A DNA stretch of 62,390 nucleotides, filler included, from Platydemus manokwari (Eukaryota), in NCBI GenBank assembly GCA_037951405.1. It is 6 parts of 6 records of this genome, joined end to end, with 100 filler letters (N's around TTAATTAATTAA, not from the genome) between each part and the next. Parts side by side here need not be neighbours in the genome. Positions count along the whole stretch, not along the records: positions 10,235 to 19,446 come from JBBMOY011282428.1; positions 19,547 to 32,634 come from JBBMOY011845834.1; 4 more parts are not named here. The stretch is one strand, 5' to 3'. Shown piece by piece: positions 15,401 to 30,707 of the stretch. How positions within the stretch are numbered: the first letter of the stretch is position 1; every line of letters begins with the position of its first letter. The notes beneath the pieces were generated by a model, which had not been told where the DNA came from, ran no database searches, and worked only from the letters and a program-made list of their open reading frames with translations. Made by a program: the position numbers and the translations under genes.

Positions 15401-16579
15401 TCTTGAAGATAAAAAATTCTCCAAAAGATTGCTGATATAAATAATGAAATATATTAAATTTATTGACTCACAGCTCCTTAAGGTTCATCATTTACCTATT
15501 TTTATTATTATAATTATTTTTCCGTGTAATTATTATAATTATTATTCTTTTTAATCTAGAAGCATAAAAGCTAATACAACTATACACAGAATGCTTGTAC
15601 AGCCAAGTTAAAATGATTGTCAATTTTTTATAAATAATTAATTCATAATGCCACAATAATGTCTTTTAGTCAATCAACTGGAACTGTTTTGTGGATGTGG
15701 TCGAGCTGGCTGAATTGATACAATTTTTTCCGAATCCCCAACACTCAAATTAAAGAGACAGACGAAATCATCAAATCTACCATGAAAACCCTCGTCCCTC
15801 TATTCTGTCTGATATGTACACATACAATAGATGTTTATTGATAAATAATGTATGTAAATGTTGTTTATTCATTATTATTATCTTTGGTTACAATTAAATA
15901 TTTGGTTGATATTAAAAACACAAGTTGGTTGATGGGCGGTAAATCAAATTCACTGTGTTGGTATTTTTGAGTTTTATTATTGACAACTTTTTTGTTGTAT
16001 TGACGATTATTTATGATGTGTAAAAGTGAATTATTAAATCCCACTTTTATTGTAGATTGCTACCGTGTTCTCGATAAAATTAAATTAGAATAACCACAAT
16101 ATATTATTAAATATATGTACAATAATAAAACAACAATCTTCTTTATTATTTTTTGTAATCGGTTTCGTAATTATTTATATAAAATATTTTAGATCTTATA
16201 TCTTTTCGAAAATAGGCTCACAGAAATTTTGATTCAAGTTTTCTTGTTTTTAATGAGAAATTGACTGATTTTCGTTTGAGTTTTGGTATCCAAAAAATAA
16301 TTTATCATAGTTTATTTATGATTTTAAAAGTATAATTAGTACTATGTATGATTATTATTGTCCATGATGATTAGTCACAGATAAAATGGAAAACTTCAAT
16401 TAACGGTTCACCGTGTTTTAAAAATAAAAAATAATAATAACATAGAGAATAATGATAATAATTAAGATAAAAATAAATAATAATAAAATAATAAAATGTC
16501 ATTTATAAAATACTATAATCATTTTTAGATTATCATAAATAGTTAGAACAAATCAAGAGCTTGAGTCAGATGATCATCT

Positions 16580-17320
16580 CATTGGGGTTTGACTGCACTC
16601 TATTAGGATTTGGTTGGATAGACTTTGTTTTACTTATCCATTTCTATAATAAATTTATTCCACATTTATTTCTTTTCTAGTTTTCTGGAATTCTATTCTC
16701 TTACAATCTATTTTTTTATTTGTCTTAAATGATCCTCATCTTTTCTTTAATTATACCAATTGATTCCAGGTTTGTTGGGCATTTTTCTCTTGATCGCTTT
16801 CCTCTTCCACCAAATAACGCTTCTTTGCTGTTTTTTATTTCATCCTTACCGTCTCTATTTCAGCATTTTTCTTCCATTGACTGTAACATGTCAATTTTAT
16901 ATTAATTTGGTCTTCCTCATTACGTTGCTCATTATCAGTGTATACCATTAGCTTATTTGCTGTTCGACACAATATTTCTTCATTATCTTTTTGCAAATTT
17001 CTAGTTTTAGGATCCTCTCAGCACTAATGAAGGAATGGTTATTCTGTATATCGATTCAGCTGGTTGTTTCTAAAGAAAATCGGTTCTATTATTCCTATTC
17101 CATTTCTGGAAATAGGTTACTTATCGGATTATTTATCAGATTATTATCAGAACATTTTCGCAAGAAATTTCAAATTGTTTGGTAGACAGGTTTATAAAGT
17201 AGAATTTATAATTTCTGCTATCCGTTCCATGTATGCTTGGCAATAATGATTGATATGGGCGAGGTAAATATTTTGAAAAGACACCTGGTGGTGGAATTGA
17301 AATTCGACATTGCTTCATTT
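16580..17320 (-). mobile_element. Degenerate Gypsy reverse-transcriptase relic
   Basis: Frameshifted pieces EMGIGIIEP (cf. LxxGIIEP), KEINVE and IQPNPNRVQ (cf. IxPDPxKV). Confidence 0.45.
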
Positions 17321-19446
17321 TCTAAAACAAATAATTAAATAACGTTAAGCTCTGATAACATATGGTATGTTAAATTCAACATAGTGCATGTTATATTTTG
17401 AAAACATGTGTATGGAATTAAATTATTTTATTTGGTTCCATATACAGAAATAATAAATAAAATAATCAACGAACAACCCATACGTCACATGGTATTTTAG
17501 TCGCACATCACCAATTGAATGTCATTCATTGTTTTTGGCTGATTTGTCGGGTTTCCTGTTTGTATAACTGTTTATCTATTAATGAATTTGGAAATACAGA
17601 AACTGGCTGGCGAGCACGTACGTTCTAACAATGGTCACATAGGTCGACTAATATATCTTTTTGTTAACATAAATTTGAACAAATCGTACTATGGGAGATA
17701 TTGAGCGTTCAGAAAGTCTTGTTGCTATTCCTATGGCTTGAACCGTTGGATTTGAGTTTCCCTATTTTGTCATTCTATTTATTTTAAAATTTATTTATTC
17801 GGTCTAGAATTTGAATATATTATAAAGCGGATTATCGACTAGTACTATGACCGGGTTGGATTCTGCAGCTCGTGGTTCAATGAGTGTAATGTATGGATAA
17901 AATGTTGCATATAAAGCCTTTCGTTTTTCACGTGTATCACCTTTCATTTGAGATGATGGCTTCCACTGCAAGAATTGGTAAGTAAATAATCATTATGTGA
18001 TTATATATAATGATAAATCCTTCGATATACGTAGTATCTCCTTATTGTTCCTTGTGAAACTCTATATGGGATACAAGAAATATTCAGTGAAGTCCACGAT
18101 TGAATGAAATGTAGTGAATTTCGATTTTGAACAGCCATATGCTAAAGCATTTAGCTGTTATTTATCAATTCTAGAAAATTATGTATACCGATGACCGTTC
18201 CATTTGATTCTAGTAGTTCACAAAAATTGGTCCCAATGTTTGGGTGTGAAGCATTTAATTGTATCCATCGATTGATAAATTGGTACGCTATCCCTTGTCA
18301 ATCAATCGACATTATAATTTTACTAGATATCTAGTTTGAAATAATAATTTTCAATAATAACTTTTATTTTATTTTATTTTATTTTATTATTATTATTTGT
18401 TTAATCGGTTGAAATAACTCGATAGCCTCTGTTTATGGCCAATTGTTTATTGATTTATTATTTTTCACTTCTTTATAAGAATTTTTCCATTCATATTTTC
18501 AAGTGAATCATATAATTCTAGAAGTGATTTGGTAATTTGAATGGATTTTTTGTATTTCTTATTTGGTTCTAGTTCTACATTAATTTTCTAAAACCGATAG
18601 ACCAATGAAGTTACAGACATTTATATTTAAAACAAGTAACTTTTCATCGAACTATTATCAAAAAATATAGAATCGGAATATTTAAACTAATTGTTATAAC
18701 GTTAAGATTTAGAATAAGAGTTAAAGTATTTATGTTAATATAATTGTTGAAATAGCCTCGATACTATACGCTGCAGCACCAACAGAATAAATGACCAATA
18801 CATTATAATCATAATATCTCAAATAACCTCAAATTCAAGCAAGCTATCCCTAAGATAATAAACTACTGTCTTTAACCATGGGAAAAGTACGTTCTATTTA
18901 CTGAGTTAATTAAATTTTAAATTCTCTAAAGTTTTTAAAGCCTCAATGTGAAAGAGCCTAAATCGTAAGAACTCGATTCAAAAAATTTAGATTATAGTGA
19001 AAGGAACTTGATAAATAGAACGTCATTGTTATATGAAGTAAATAATTTTTTACCAAGCAATATAACTTGCATGAAATAGTATGGTGCGCAGATAATGGTT
19101 TGAGCAGTAAAAGAATTAAAATCAGACGATACTAATTTGATATAAAATTAAATGAAATAAGTGATTTAAGCCCAAATATTGTAAGACTTGAGGATATAAA
19201 CAGTTTAGATATTGAAAAGTTTAATACCTGAAACAATAATAAAGTTTAATAACCATTACTATTTAATAAAGCACGCTTTAAAATCAAACTGAAAAATCAC
19301 GATATCAAATTATCTATTTAAGAACAATTATTTAAACAAATTGATATATTTTGATATTTAATTATAAAATTGTTATTGTATTAAATTTTTTAAATTCTCA
19401 CATAAATCATACTAATAATACAGTTGGAGATAATGTAAATTCAATT

Positions 19447-19546
19447 NNNNNNNNNNNNNNNNNNNNNNNNNNNNNNNNNNNNNNNNNNNNTTAATTAATT
19501 AANNNNNNNNNNNNNNNNNNNNNNNNNNNNNNNNNNNNNNNNNNNN
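19447..19546. other. Artificial contig spacer
   Basis: Same N44-TTAATTAATTAA-N44 block. Confidence 0.97.
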
Positions 19547-21942
19547 AGAGCTGTTTAAGTGTCAGAGGTTATTTGTGTTTATGTCGAACATTTTATTTGG
19601 TTGTTTCAAGGTAAACTTGTGTAGTTGTGATAAATAGATTATTTATAATTGTTTGCCATTTTTATATTCAACAATAGCATAATTCGCTAAAGCATAGGAA
19701 TTAAAATTAAAATCTTGTTACATAAACGATAAATATATAAAATACAAAAATTATGTAACAATTGTTTAGACAAATAACAGGGGGAAGTTGATTGGTTATT
19801 AATCAGAATTCCAATTGTTTTGGTTCTATCATAATACAACTGGATAATTTTATGGATTGTCTTTCATGGTTATACCATTAAGGCTCTAATTTATTAATTG
19901 TTTATTGGTAGTTAGTATTAATGATACTGTAACCACTAAAATTGGGATATCAGTTTAATGTTTAGAGATTATTTATTCTTCATTTGAACTGTGTTCATTC
20001 TGTAATGGAAATATTAGATATCAACTAAAATATAAGTTATGAGAATTTTATAACAAATAAAAATTTACTCGATATGTTGGTAGCAGTTGGATTTTGAAAA
20101 TAATAGATTCTTCTTAGTAAACCTACAGTCAAAACGGTTTTAAGGCTATTATAATGTTTTGTTTCAGGTTGTTTTTGTGATAAGCAATTGTTATGGGGTC
20201 ACAATTATTTGTTTATCAAGATTGTTTCACCTAGGATATTGTGACAAGAGTAAATTGACAAAATTTGATAGAAATAAAAATATTAAATCATATAAAATAT
20301 TTTCAAAAGACCGAGGCTCTTCTAAAAATAGCAGCAATAAATATAAATAGGATACTAAAAATAATATATATAAAATACAAAAGTAAACAAAACCAAATAG
20401 GTCAAAAAGAAAAAAATAATATATAAAGAGAAGTATAATGCATAGAAGTGCCATAAATTATTTATCTTAAAAAAGCACATAATTTTTATCAGTCTATAAC
20501 TTATCGAATTAATTGTATGTGGAACTATTTTGCCATCTCAACACAAAAATCCAATTACTACGTGTCATATTTTTCAATAGAGAAATCCCACACATAGGAG
20601 ATATTATTTCAATATGTGGAATTATTAATTCATTATCGGTCGGGGAATTATAATTGTATATAATATTCCAACTAGAAGCACAGAAAATAGAAAGAAACGA
20701 AAGAGGAAATAAATTCTGCTACGCGACTAAAGTAAACTTTACATCGTAATTTTTCTATAATTTCTAATGTCTTATAAAATCGCCTTCAATGTTATCAACA
20801 GTGTCTTGAGCACCGCCCAATCACTATTTAATTAAATTTTAAACCTATCAAAGTAATCATTTGCTCTAAATATATTTGCCGGGCAATTAGGTCCCAGCTA
20901 CCGTCAGTAATTTTTCAGGACCTTGCAGCTCTCCGCACAAGGGACTTATAAATTTATCACCGGACAATTGCAGCTAATTAATTGAATATTATAAAAATCC
21001 TCTTGGTTATTTACTAAGGGTTCTTGTATTATTTATTTTTCTTTTATTTATTTATATTTAAACTTATTTTCTTCATTTTATGCACTGTCTTTGAAGTCAG
21101 GTATAAAATAAGAGCTTATTTATCAATATAGAACCTTCTGGAATTTGGAACTAAATAAAACCAAACAATTATTAGTAACTATTTACATTTCGTAAAGGGT
21201 GATTTTGTTTTGTTCACGTTTCTTTTATACTATTTTCTAATTCGTTAGTTACTTTGGTTTTATATTTTTAGACTATTAGTCAATTTATTAATACTATTTT
21301 TGCCCATTTAATTTTGTGATTTCTTTATTTAGTAACTAATTAATTTTATTTCTATTTTTGTATTTTCTAAATTCTCTTTTTAGAGTGGATAATTTCTATT
21401 TCTTTTTTTGGATAAAATATTCATTTAATCATGATGAATCATTGTAAAAATTTTAAAAAATTATATTTATTAATTATTATTTATCATAGAGTTGTAACCA
21501 ACCATATAATTATTTGGCAATATCATCTGATGCGTTTGGCATGGTTGGGAAGCATAGAATTTGTTAATTTTATAATTATTTATATTAATTAGTAAAACTT
21601 ACTTCCATAAAACGCAACTTTAAATCCGCTAAAAGTCAGATGTTGTTGGGATTCATTTTCATTCTCTATCAAAGGTGACCAAAGCTTGATTAAGCATTTG
21701 ACAAGTTTTATCGATCGTAATTATTTTTGATAATTGCTAAGCTTTCATTGAATTCACAATCCTATCTGTTATGTCCTTGTTTTATACTACCCACTTCACG
21801 GTGTGTCGAATTGATTTAATTAAATCTATTTTTTATTTATTTCAGCATTGGTAATGGTGATAAGCATTTCGAAAATATTAACATTATTTAATAATATTTT
21901 TTGTAATTTTACTTTTATTGTTAGAGCTTAGCTAGATACATT

Positions 21943-23800
21943 TTGGATTTGTTTAAAAATGATCATCGTGCACCAGTTAATCACATGGAATCTCCAAACA
22001 ATAAAAGACCAATAAGATCAATTAAGGCTATTCCGTCTAAATTTTACAACGATTGTAGAGGAAAACCCACACCACGTGGTGATTATTTGAAACCGGGAGC
22101 TTGCTTTTCCTGTGATAAGCTTGGACATCGGAAGTTTCAATGTCCACTGTGGAATAGATGTTTGATATGCGAAAAATAAGGATTCCAATAGTTTGGAACA
22201 ATAAAATTCTTGTAAAGGAGATCTTTGTAGTAAAAGAAATTTCACCAGGTTTTATAGGAGGAGTTGATATGATGAAGACTTGTGGAATATTCATTGCACG
22301 AATAGAATCAATTGATACAAAAGACGTTGGAAATAAATAAAGTGACCAAAACAGAATTGTAATGGCGTTGAAGAGTATTGTTGATACGAACGATATTTCA
22401 TTGAATGCGCAAATAAAAAAATGGCTCCGTTTTTATAGGGGCTCGGTTCGATTTGGGACTAAAAGATATGGTGAAGCACATGATATCCAAATGTTATTGG
22501 ACTCGGTATATGGCGGGACAATTTTCTTCACAAAAGATTTAGGCCAAGCAAATTATCACGTGAATTTGAGGAAAATTCTAAGTTAAAAACGGCGTTTAGC
22601 ACTAGAACTAGTTAGTTCTTTTTTAACAGATTACCTTCTAGATTATGTACCTCGCCAGCTATTATTCAGAATCTAATGAATACTATATTCAAGGATTTGA
22701 TTTACAAGAGCGTTCTTGTTTATCTGGACGATATTTTAGTGTATGGAAGAACAGTGGAGAAACATAATGAGAAATTCGACAAGGATTTCAGGTTGATTAA
22801 TTCATCATGTTTGAAAATTAATCCCGAAAGATGCGCTTTTGGTACTAGAAAATTGAATTTCCTGGGTCATACAGTTAGTACAGAAGGTAAAGAAAGTGAT
22901 AACGACAAAGTAAAGAAGATTAAATAAGCAATAAAATCCTGTTGCATAACCCAGTTGAGGTCGTTCCTATGATTGTTACAGACGATTTCTCAAAGACTAC
23001 GCATTAATTACAGCTCCACTATATGCGATGATGACTGGAAGTGACAAAAAAAATTGGAGTGGAATATAGAGTGTGAGGAAAGTTTTGTAAACCTAAACGA
23101 CCAATTATGCACTATTCCGATTTTGACATTTTCGAATCCAAACAAAGAGATGATTTTAGATACCGACAGTAGAGTCGGAGCGATTGTCAGCATTATTAGC
23201 CATTCGGACGACACCGGAAAAGAGACCTAGAACTTCTAGAACTCTTAATAGTCATGAAAAAGGTTATTGGGTCTAGAGGGAGGAGCTTTTGGTAATCCAC
23301 GAGTTCAATATGCATTTTAAGCATTATCTACTGGGAAAGAAATTTGTGAATACATTAACATATATGAAGAAAACTAATAAACCTATTATCCCTCAATTTC
23401 AAATATGATTTGCAAATTTATCCGGATTCAATGTCAAAGTTCAATATCGGAAGGGATCAGATCATGGAAATGCGGATGGACTCTCAAGGATAGGCGAAGC
23501 ATTTTGTTCACATTGCTTAACTCAGCACCAAGGTGCTAATGAAAGTAAACCAAAAAATAGGTTCATTAATGTTATCGAGCATTCAATTGTGAAAAAATGA
23601 CGAACTAAGAAAGATTCAACAAAAAGATACTGTCATTGGCTCCATTCTAAAATGGCTCAGAAAACGGAAACAGGAGTCAGCGGTCAAGAAAAGCAAATAT
23701 TTTAACAGTTTAGAGAAATTCGAATTGTTTGAAGATATGGTTGTGTATAATGAGAATGGAAAAAAGCGAATTGTTTTACCAGAGGTTCATTCACAGATTA
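21943..23800 (+). mobile_element. Ty3/Gypsy retrotransposon gag-pol relic (pseudogenised)
   Basis: CCHC knuckle CFSCDKLGHRKFQC; protease C-terminal remnant FIGGVDMM; RT motifs FFTKDLGQANYHV, KTAFST and VLVYLDDILVYG; RNase H motifs ILDTDS, HFKHYLLGKKF and QYRKGSDHGNADGLSR. Many stops and frameshifts; I did not see an integrase core. Confidence 0.92.
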
Positions 23801-24029
23801 AACAGGAAGATATAATAATTTATATTAATCATGTATAATTTATATCTCATATTCACCACTATCTATACAGATATTCTCAAATATCCTGATGAAGGTACTT
23901 GCCAAATATCGACGAAGGGGCTTATGATCATAAAAGCTTCACTGAATTTTTATAACTATAATTCAACAATTAAACTTATGAAAGTATTATTTAAAATCAG
24001 TATAATTTATATTTCTGTTAGGTAGATCA

Positions 24030-24560
24030 CAAATCAATCAAAATAGTCGCAAGAACCAGAGAAAGAACTGTAAAAAATACACGCAGATCCGACAAACACA
24101 TATGTCGTTAACCAATCAGATTCGTTCTAATGTTAAGCCATATTTAGAAGCTAAAAATCAACAGACGCATACCTACAAATGTCAGCAAGCTCAAATATCC
24201 GCCAATGGCATGATGTAAGGAAATCCACGAACAAATTCGGTGAATGGAAAACGAAGATCCGCGATATCAAGTAGACACGCCCGATAGGATTATAAAAGAG
24301 GTTGAGTTCCATGGATTTCTGGAAATCTTTTTTGGTCGGTATCTTCAGTGCTTAGATTATGTGTGATTCCAGTAATCAGTGTTTTTGATTACTCTTCATT
24401 CAGTTTTTGACTTTCGTGCGCTGATCCCGTCTTGAATGATTTTTTGTGAATTATGTAAAGATTTGCTATTGTTTTGAGATCTTGAGTGTATATTTTAGTT
24501 AATACAATTTTCAGATCTAAATTGTTGATTGATAACCCAACAGTTCATTGTTAATAAATA
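24030..24560 (+). mobile_element. LTR-like sequence (possible 3' or solo LTR)
   Basis: TATAAAAGAGG at ~24291 then tcttt..ggtcgg. A similar layout occurs at ~1215-1450, and ttgataaccca.cagtt recurs at ~39062. Confidence 0.45.
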
Positions 24561-25425
24561 TTTATTTTAGTATTTGTATTGAGTCGTTTAATTGACACTG
24601 TCTATAGGATTCATAATCTTCATTTGGTTGAAATCATCATTTATGACACCCATCATTTATTTTTGATAATTTGAAAATCAGTGAAACAATAGAAGTGGCT
24701 GGTATAAAATAATAAATCAATCTAATACCTTCTTATTATTTTGGATCAATTATTCTGGAATTAATGTGTATAATTTATTGTTTATTTTATCACGTAACAG
24801 TTGACATACTAATTTTGTAAAAATTATTGTAATTAATATTGAAATTTAAGTTCCATTGCGAATGTCTTGAAAAAATGAGTTAGATACCATTTATGTATTT
24901 TTTAATTATTGTTTTATGAAATCAGATATTGTTATTATGAATTTATAACAAATTCAAATCTTATTCATGGTGAAAAATCCAATTGGTAAAAAATTACCTT
25001 TACGATAATTTAATGTGACACAAATGTTCAATAACCAAATGATATTGCAAATATTCGAGGAATTATTATCAGTTATAAAAAATTTCACATGTCTGTACCT
25101 GAGTAATGACTAACAGTGATAAACTTTTCTCCTCCATAGCTGAGTTTTAATGACAAAACAATTAATCACCTAAACACAATGTTTGTCACAAAAATCGAAA
25201 CTATATTTTTAATATTATAATTAAGCCATTCATTATGAAATTATTAAGAATAAAATTATATTACAATAGATCAGATAAATATCGATCTATTATGAGAAAT
25301 CAATAAAATGGTTGTATCAAATAAATAAGGAATATAAGACAATAGTTATAATAACTGGCATTATTAAATAAAGAACAGGAAAACATCTAAAACAAAAATC
25401 AAAATTTAAAACACAGAAATCATGT

Positions 25426-28400
25426 CTATTTGATTTGACGGTTGCGAGAGCCATTGCTATTACTGATTGAAGGCGGCGGCATTCTCGATTGATCTGATGA
25501 ATTGCTAAATAATAAAATAATGATTATATATTTATTTATAAATTTCTTTTCAATATCAATGCCTCTTTTGAATTCCACTGAATGTGCGACCTCCGTGATT
25601 AATATTTCTTATTCCCGCACGTCCTCCTGACAATATTACATCAATATTACCAGAATTATGCATCAATTATCTTTACCTCTTAGATTACGAAGATTTCGTT
25701 CGCGTAACATAATTTCTTCCTGGATACAAATGTATATTATTGATTAAATTCACTATTATTATACAACAATTGTTTGTCACATAATTTTATTAAGCAAAAT
25801 TTGGATAAATTTATGAAAAAACCAAAGATTTATAATAAACAATGAAAATTTTTGTGTTTTCCCATCTGATGATTAAAAGGTCAAAATAATATCCATAGAG
25901 TTCAGATATTTGGGGTTAGTTGAATTGAAGAAAGAGATAAACAAGAATAAGAAAATATAAATATAATGATCATCATTGGATGTAGCTATATCAATATATA
26001 AATATTGTGCGCAGATTCTATTGCGATAGGAATAATGGAGATTGAAGCTCAACAATATTTCAGAAAATCACTTTATTTTAATGTATAACATTATACAATA
26101 ACTTCGGTCGATATTGTCGAATGATTTATTGTTTTTTAGACAATTATTCAATAAAAGGTAAAATTGATTAATGATTACAGGAAATATTTAATTGATTATT
26201 TTTATAAAACAATTTCACAGTAAATTATTAATTATGTAATTATAACTTAATATTTCTAATTTGTCGATTAATACAAAGGAACGAAAACATATCATTAGAA
26301 TGAAGAGAGAGAGATCAAATAAATGATATTAACAGTAACAGAATACATTGTACACAATGCAGGAAAATACAATGATCAAAATTATGGGATTGTGATTATA
26401 TTTGGGAACTTTAATTATATTTTTGCAATGGGTAGCAATTGTGATACCACATATATAAATTAATATTATATATTATATTACACAAATAATAAATTAATAT
26501 AGTGATAATAATAATTGTTATTATTAATTGTACATTATAAATATTTTAAGTTTAATGACCACTAAAAATTAATGACGCAGTAAACAGATAAGCTGAATAA
26601 TATTTGCAATGCTTATGGAAGTATTAAATGTGATCCGTAATAGACCTTATATTTTCAAGCATTTTTTATAATTAAAATTGAATAGATTATTATTATTTGG
26701 TTATATTTGATAATATATATCCGTTGTTATAGCAATCGGTGGTCATGACTAAAAACAAAGATAATCAATATTAAATAGTTGTGCTTCTGATTTACAATAT
26801 TAATTATCTTATTTTATTGATTTTTAACAAAATAAATGTTTCTCATTGATTTTATAAGATAGTGTTATGGTTTGAGAGTTTATTAAAATCAATATTTTCA
26901 AAAATAAATCAATACTAACATCTAATTTCTCATCCTTTTGTAGTTTTTGGAAATCATCAACATGCATACTTGGCGGTCTACTAGTATTGGGTGGTCTTGA
27001 TCGGAATGAATCATATCGATCTCCGTTATTGGTTGTCACCAATGTGTTGCTTCGAACACCAAAACCTCTGCCACGCATGGGAGCCACTGAAATAATAAGA
27101 CAACCAAAAATATTAAAATCAAAAAAACATAAAGAAGAAAGATCATTAAAAATATCATGAGTAGTTATAACATATTGAGCTGACTAAACACATACGAAAT
27201 CGATTTTAAAATATATGTTTGGGTTTAAAAATTATCCTTGCTTTCAAAAAAATATAATTATGTCTCTCATTGATAATTATATTGATTTATAATAGGAAAA
27301 TTCGATTGAGCTCTCAAACTTATTGATTATTAATAATATTTATTGGAGATAATGTAATCCAGATATTATGATATAAGATAATATATCGATTAGAAATAGT
27401 TCACAGCAAAGCATCGATATTAATGATTATCAAATGATGAGCAAGCCTACCGAATTTCTTGCTACTCCTCCCGGTATGAATGATTGCATCATGCCCTCTT
27501 CGTCTGCGCTTATGTCTAATAGCTTCATCATCTTGTTGTCGACCCCTTGCTAGCTCATCGTGAAGATTGAATCCATTACAACAAACATAGGCCAGATTTT
27601 CCAAATCACATCTGGACAATTCTGGCTGTTCTCTTTCCGTAACTTTCACTGGACCAAGCCACTCACGATAACCTTCCCCGGAAACATATTCTTCATCGTG
27701 TACTCGACTCCAAACTCCTCGAGACTTGTACATTTGTTCCAAACTTTGAGGTAAAGGCATAATTCCTGATGTTCCCTCAATGCCATCAGTATTTCCGGAA
27801 ATCAAGTCATTTTTGGATAACAGTTCTATCAAACTCTCCATCCCATCTCGCAAAATCTGCAACGATTCTTCTTCTTCCGAAACGATCTATTTAAAAATTA
27901 TATAATCGATTGATTAGATCACATTGCACAATCAATATTCGCAAAATTGGCCCTTGTGATTTACCTTAAGTAGTCCATGTAATTCCGCAACTGGATGAGC
28001 ACTGTTTGATTCTTTATTTCCTGTCCATTGTAACATCTGTTTTACATGGGAGTCACTCAAATTCAAGGTACGAGGAGGTAACTGATATGATATGGGTTCA
28101 TCACTATTGTCTTGTTTGACGACGAGCACCTGTAATAACGACAGTGCAGTCAACAGACTAACTTGACAATCGGGATTATCAGCACTGAACGTTTCGTTCA
28201 CTCGTTTGATAAGGCTTAAAAACATTCCCGGTTGCTGATCTAGAACTCTGAAATTTTGATAATTTGGTATCGTACTTGATTAGATATACTAACTCAAGCA
28301 AAATACGGAAACCGTAGTCATGACCAGCCAGCAGTACTAGAGGTCTAAGAGCACCGGGAATTGTTGACATATCCTGATCCGGATTTACACAATGGCGTGC

Positions 28401-30053
28401 CAACCAACCAACTAGCATCAAACATTGAGCATTGGTAGGTAAACCATTAACGAGCTCCTGATTTGTAAGGACACGACTCGATGATGGAATTAATTCTTGA
28501 CTTCCTTCGAAAATCACTTCATCTATAGTGCTGGGTTCTTGGACAGCAGACAACATGGTTACACGGGCATCTAAAAGAAGTTGCAAGCAAGCCTGTGAAC
28601 AAATTATTTAAGGAAGATATAATTGAAAATATCCAACTATCATATTTTCTTGAGAAGCGGTATGATTTTCTTTACTTGCTTCTAACAATTCAGATATTAT
28701 TCGATAAAATAATGTTTCGAACGTTTGTTCACTATCGAAATTATCGGGCAAAGGTCTAACAGATCAAATTGATGAAAATATCCCACCACGATTATCAATG
28801 AATTACTGTTGTCCAATCAGTTTTAAAAATGCATGTTTACAAGCAGGCACACTGAGAATCAGCTTCAACATAGCCCATGTTCTTGTCAGTTCAAGGGAAT
28901 CAGGATAAAGTTTGATTTTCGCATCGATACCCAAAAATGAATCCGTTCTTAAAAGAGTTTGATTCGCATTACTTGACAGAATATTACTGCCCATTGTTCC
29001 ATCTTTACCGGTGCTATCATCAGTTTGTTTGCTAGAATACGTTCAATGAATTCATCAAAAAACATTGAGATCATTTAATAATTTGTATTAAAAGGAGAAC
29101 AAAATGAATAGCGTCATTTTGTTTACAAGATTTTCACAAAGAAATCAATATTATTGGATAAATATTTTGCTATTTTAGAAATATTGACTAATAAAAGCTT
29201 TATTGAATAATTTGGTACATATCAAATGACTAGATAATCACGAAATAAATATGATTACAACGCTCACCTATTCAATTCCTTATTGCTTGTCCCATCTGTA
29301 TTACTCTCTCCTGCTTCGGCTGTTTTCAGCGATTGAACGTATTCATTATGTGAAGTCATTTCTTTACATGCTCTTTCCCATACTTCAAGAAGTGTTTCTA
29401 AGCTATTCTGAGCTAACATCAATGCTGTACTGGGCCCAAGAGCACTTATAAGATTAATAAGTCTAGTCAATAAGGTTATTAATATGTAATTGCTGGTGCA
29501 GCCAATTGTCAATATTAAATCTTTCAATTCCTGCCTCACACACAGTATATGAGCACTCCATAAAGTTCTTGCAGATTGAATCTATAATTCAGAAAAAAAA
29601 TAAGAAATATGAATTAGTATGGAATAAATGATATCATTCAATATTATGATAATGCTGTATAAATGACAAGGTCAGTTATTCAATCTTCGAATTAATACAA
29701 TAAAAATATTTAGAAAAATCAGAAAAAAATAAAATTAAAAAAATAATAACATCATAAAATTATCTTACTTGTGCTGTTTCCTCGTCTGTGAGGGGGACAT
29801 TTGTTAGAACGGGTAATGGCAGTGGTAGCAGTTCTATCAACAATGTTAATCCACCAGCAAATGCAAAAGGAGCGCTTTGTGTGAAATTAAGCAACTCTCT
29901 CAGCATACATGTCCACAGGCTTTTTCCTAATGCTGACGTAAGCAATCGAATTAAAAATCAATTTTGAGAATTACTTTTACCTTTTTCATTCTCTTCATCG
30001 GGTAATTGAGATTGGGTGTAAGTTAATACTGTATCGATAATTGAATGACGAAT
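25426..30053 (-). CDS. VIRMA: Virilizer / KIAA1429 (m6A writer complex subunit), C-terminal portion only, 12 exons, 754 aa
   Basis: Exons 30053-29981, 29932-29769, 29581-29268, 29031-28807, 28755-28638, 28592-28294, 28247-27965, 27886-27451, 27086-26920, 25719-25677, 25626-25563, 25504-25426 join in frame (2265 nt, all phases consistent; the last intron needs a GC donor). Hallmark motifs ELLPLPLP, RTLWSAH, APMRGRGF and DSFRSRPPNTSRPPSMHVDDF. Confidence 0.92.
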
Positions 30054-30201
30054 CTGTGAATAAAAATGGTAATATTTTTATTAAACTTCAAAGACGCTTA
30101 TATATAATCACAAAGAGTAGTCAAATATTAAAATGTGATAACTAAGACCATGGTATTCCATTTTAATATCATAAAATATCATTTTGTACATTCTGTCAAA
30201 C

Positions 30202-30580
30202 CAGGGGTTCTTAGTCCCGAAGTCGGCAAGCTTTTTTAAGTGGGTCACCGAATTATGGTAGATGTATAAACCATTACATGTGAATAATCGTGTTTTATGA
30301 TGCTGTTAAATAAATAGTTTGTGATGCTGATTAAACTACTTCTGTTCACAATTACCTTGACTACTACAGTTAAATATTTCATAGGCAATGTTATTATCTG
30401 ATGATCTTATTATTAATATAGGTAATTCATTACTTGTTGTATCAACATTCTTATCAACTTGTTAGAAATTGGTTTCATTAAATATATTGAGTTGACTTAT
30501 TTTTAGTAATATTGATTTTCTTTGCGGTTACCAAGATCTTAAAAATGGGTTGCCATAGAAAAAAGGTTGAGAACCGCTGT
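30202..30580. mobile_element. hAT (Charlie/Buster-type) MITE
   Basis: Terminal inverted repeats CAGGGGTTCT ... AGAACCGCTG. The right flank ttctaatg resembles the NTCTAGAN target, but the target-site duplication is not intact. Confidence 0.65.
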
Positions 30581-30707
30581 TCTAATGGGTCTTAAATTAA
30601 TATAAATTTATCGAACGAAGTCGTGGATTTATGCAAGATTTTTATAAAATTTAAAAATAAATATCAAATCATTTTTGGAAGTGCAGTTAGGTTTGGTGAT
30701 AATAAGT

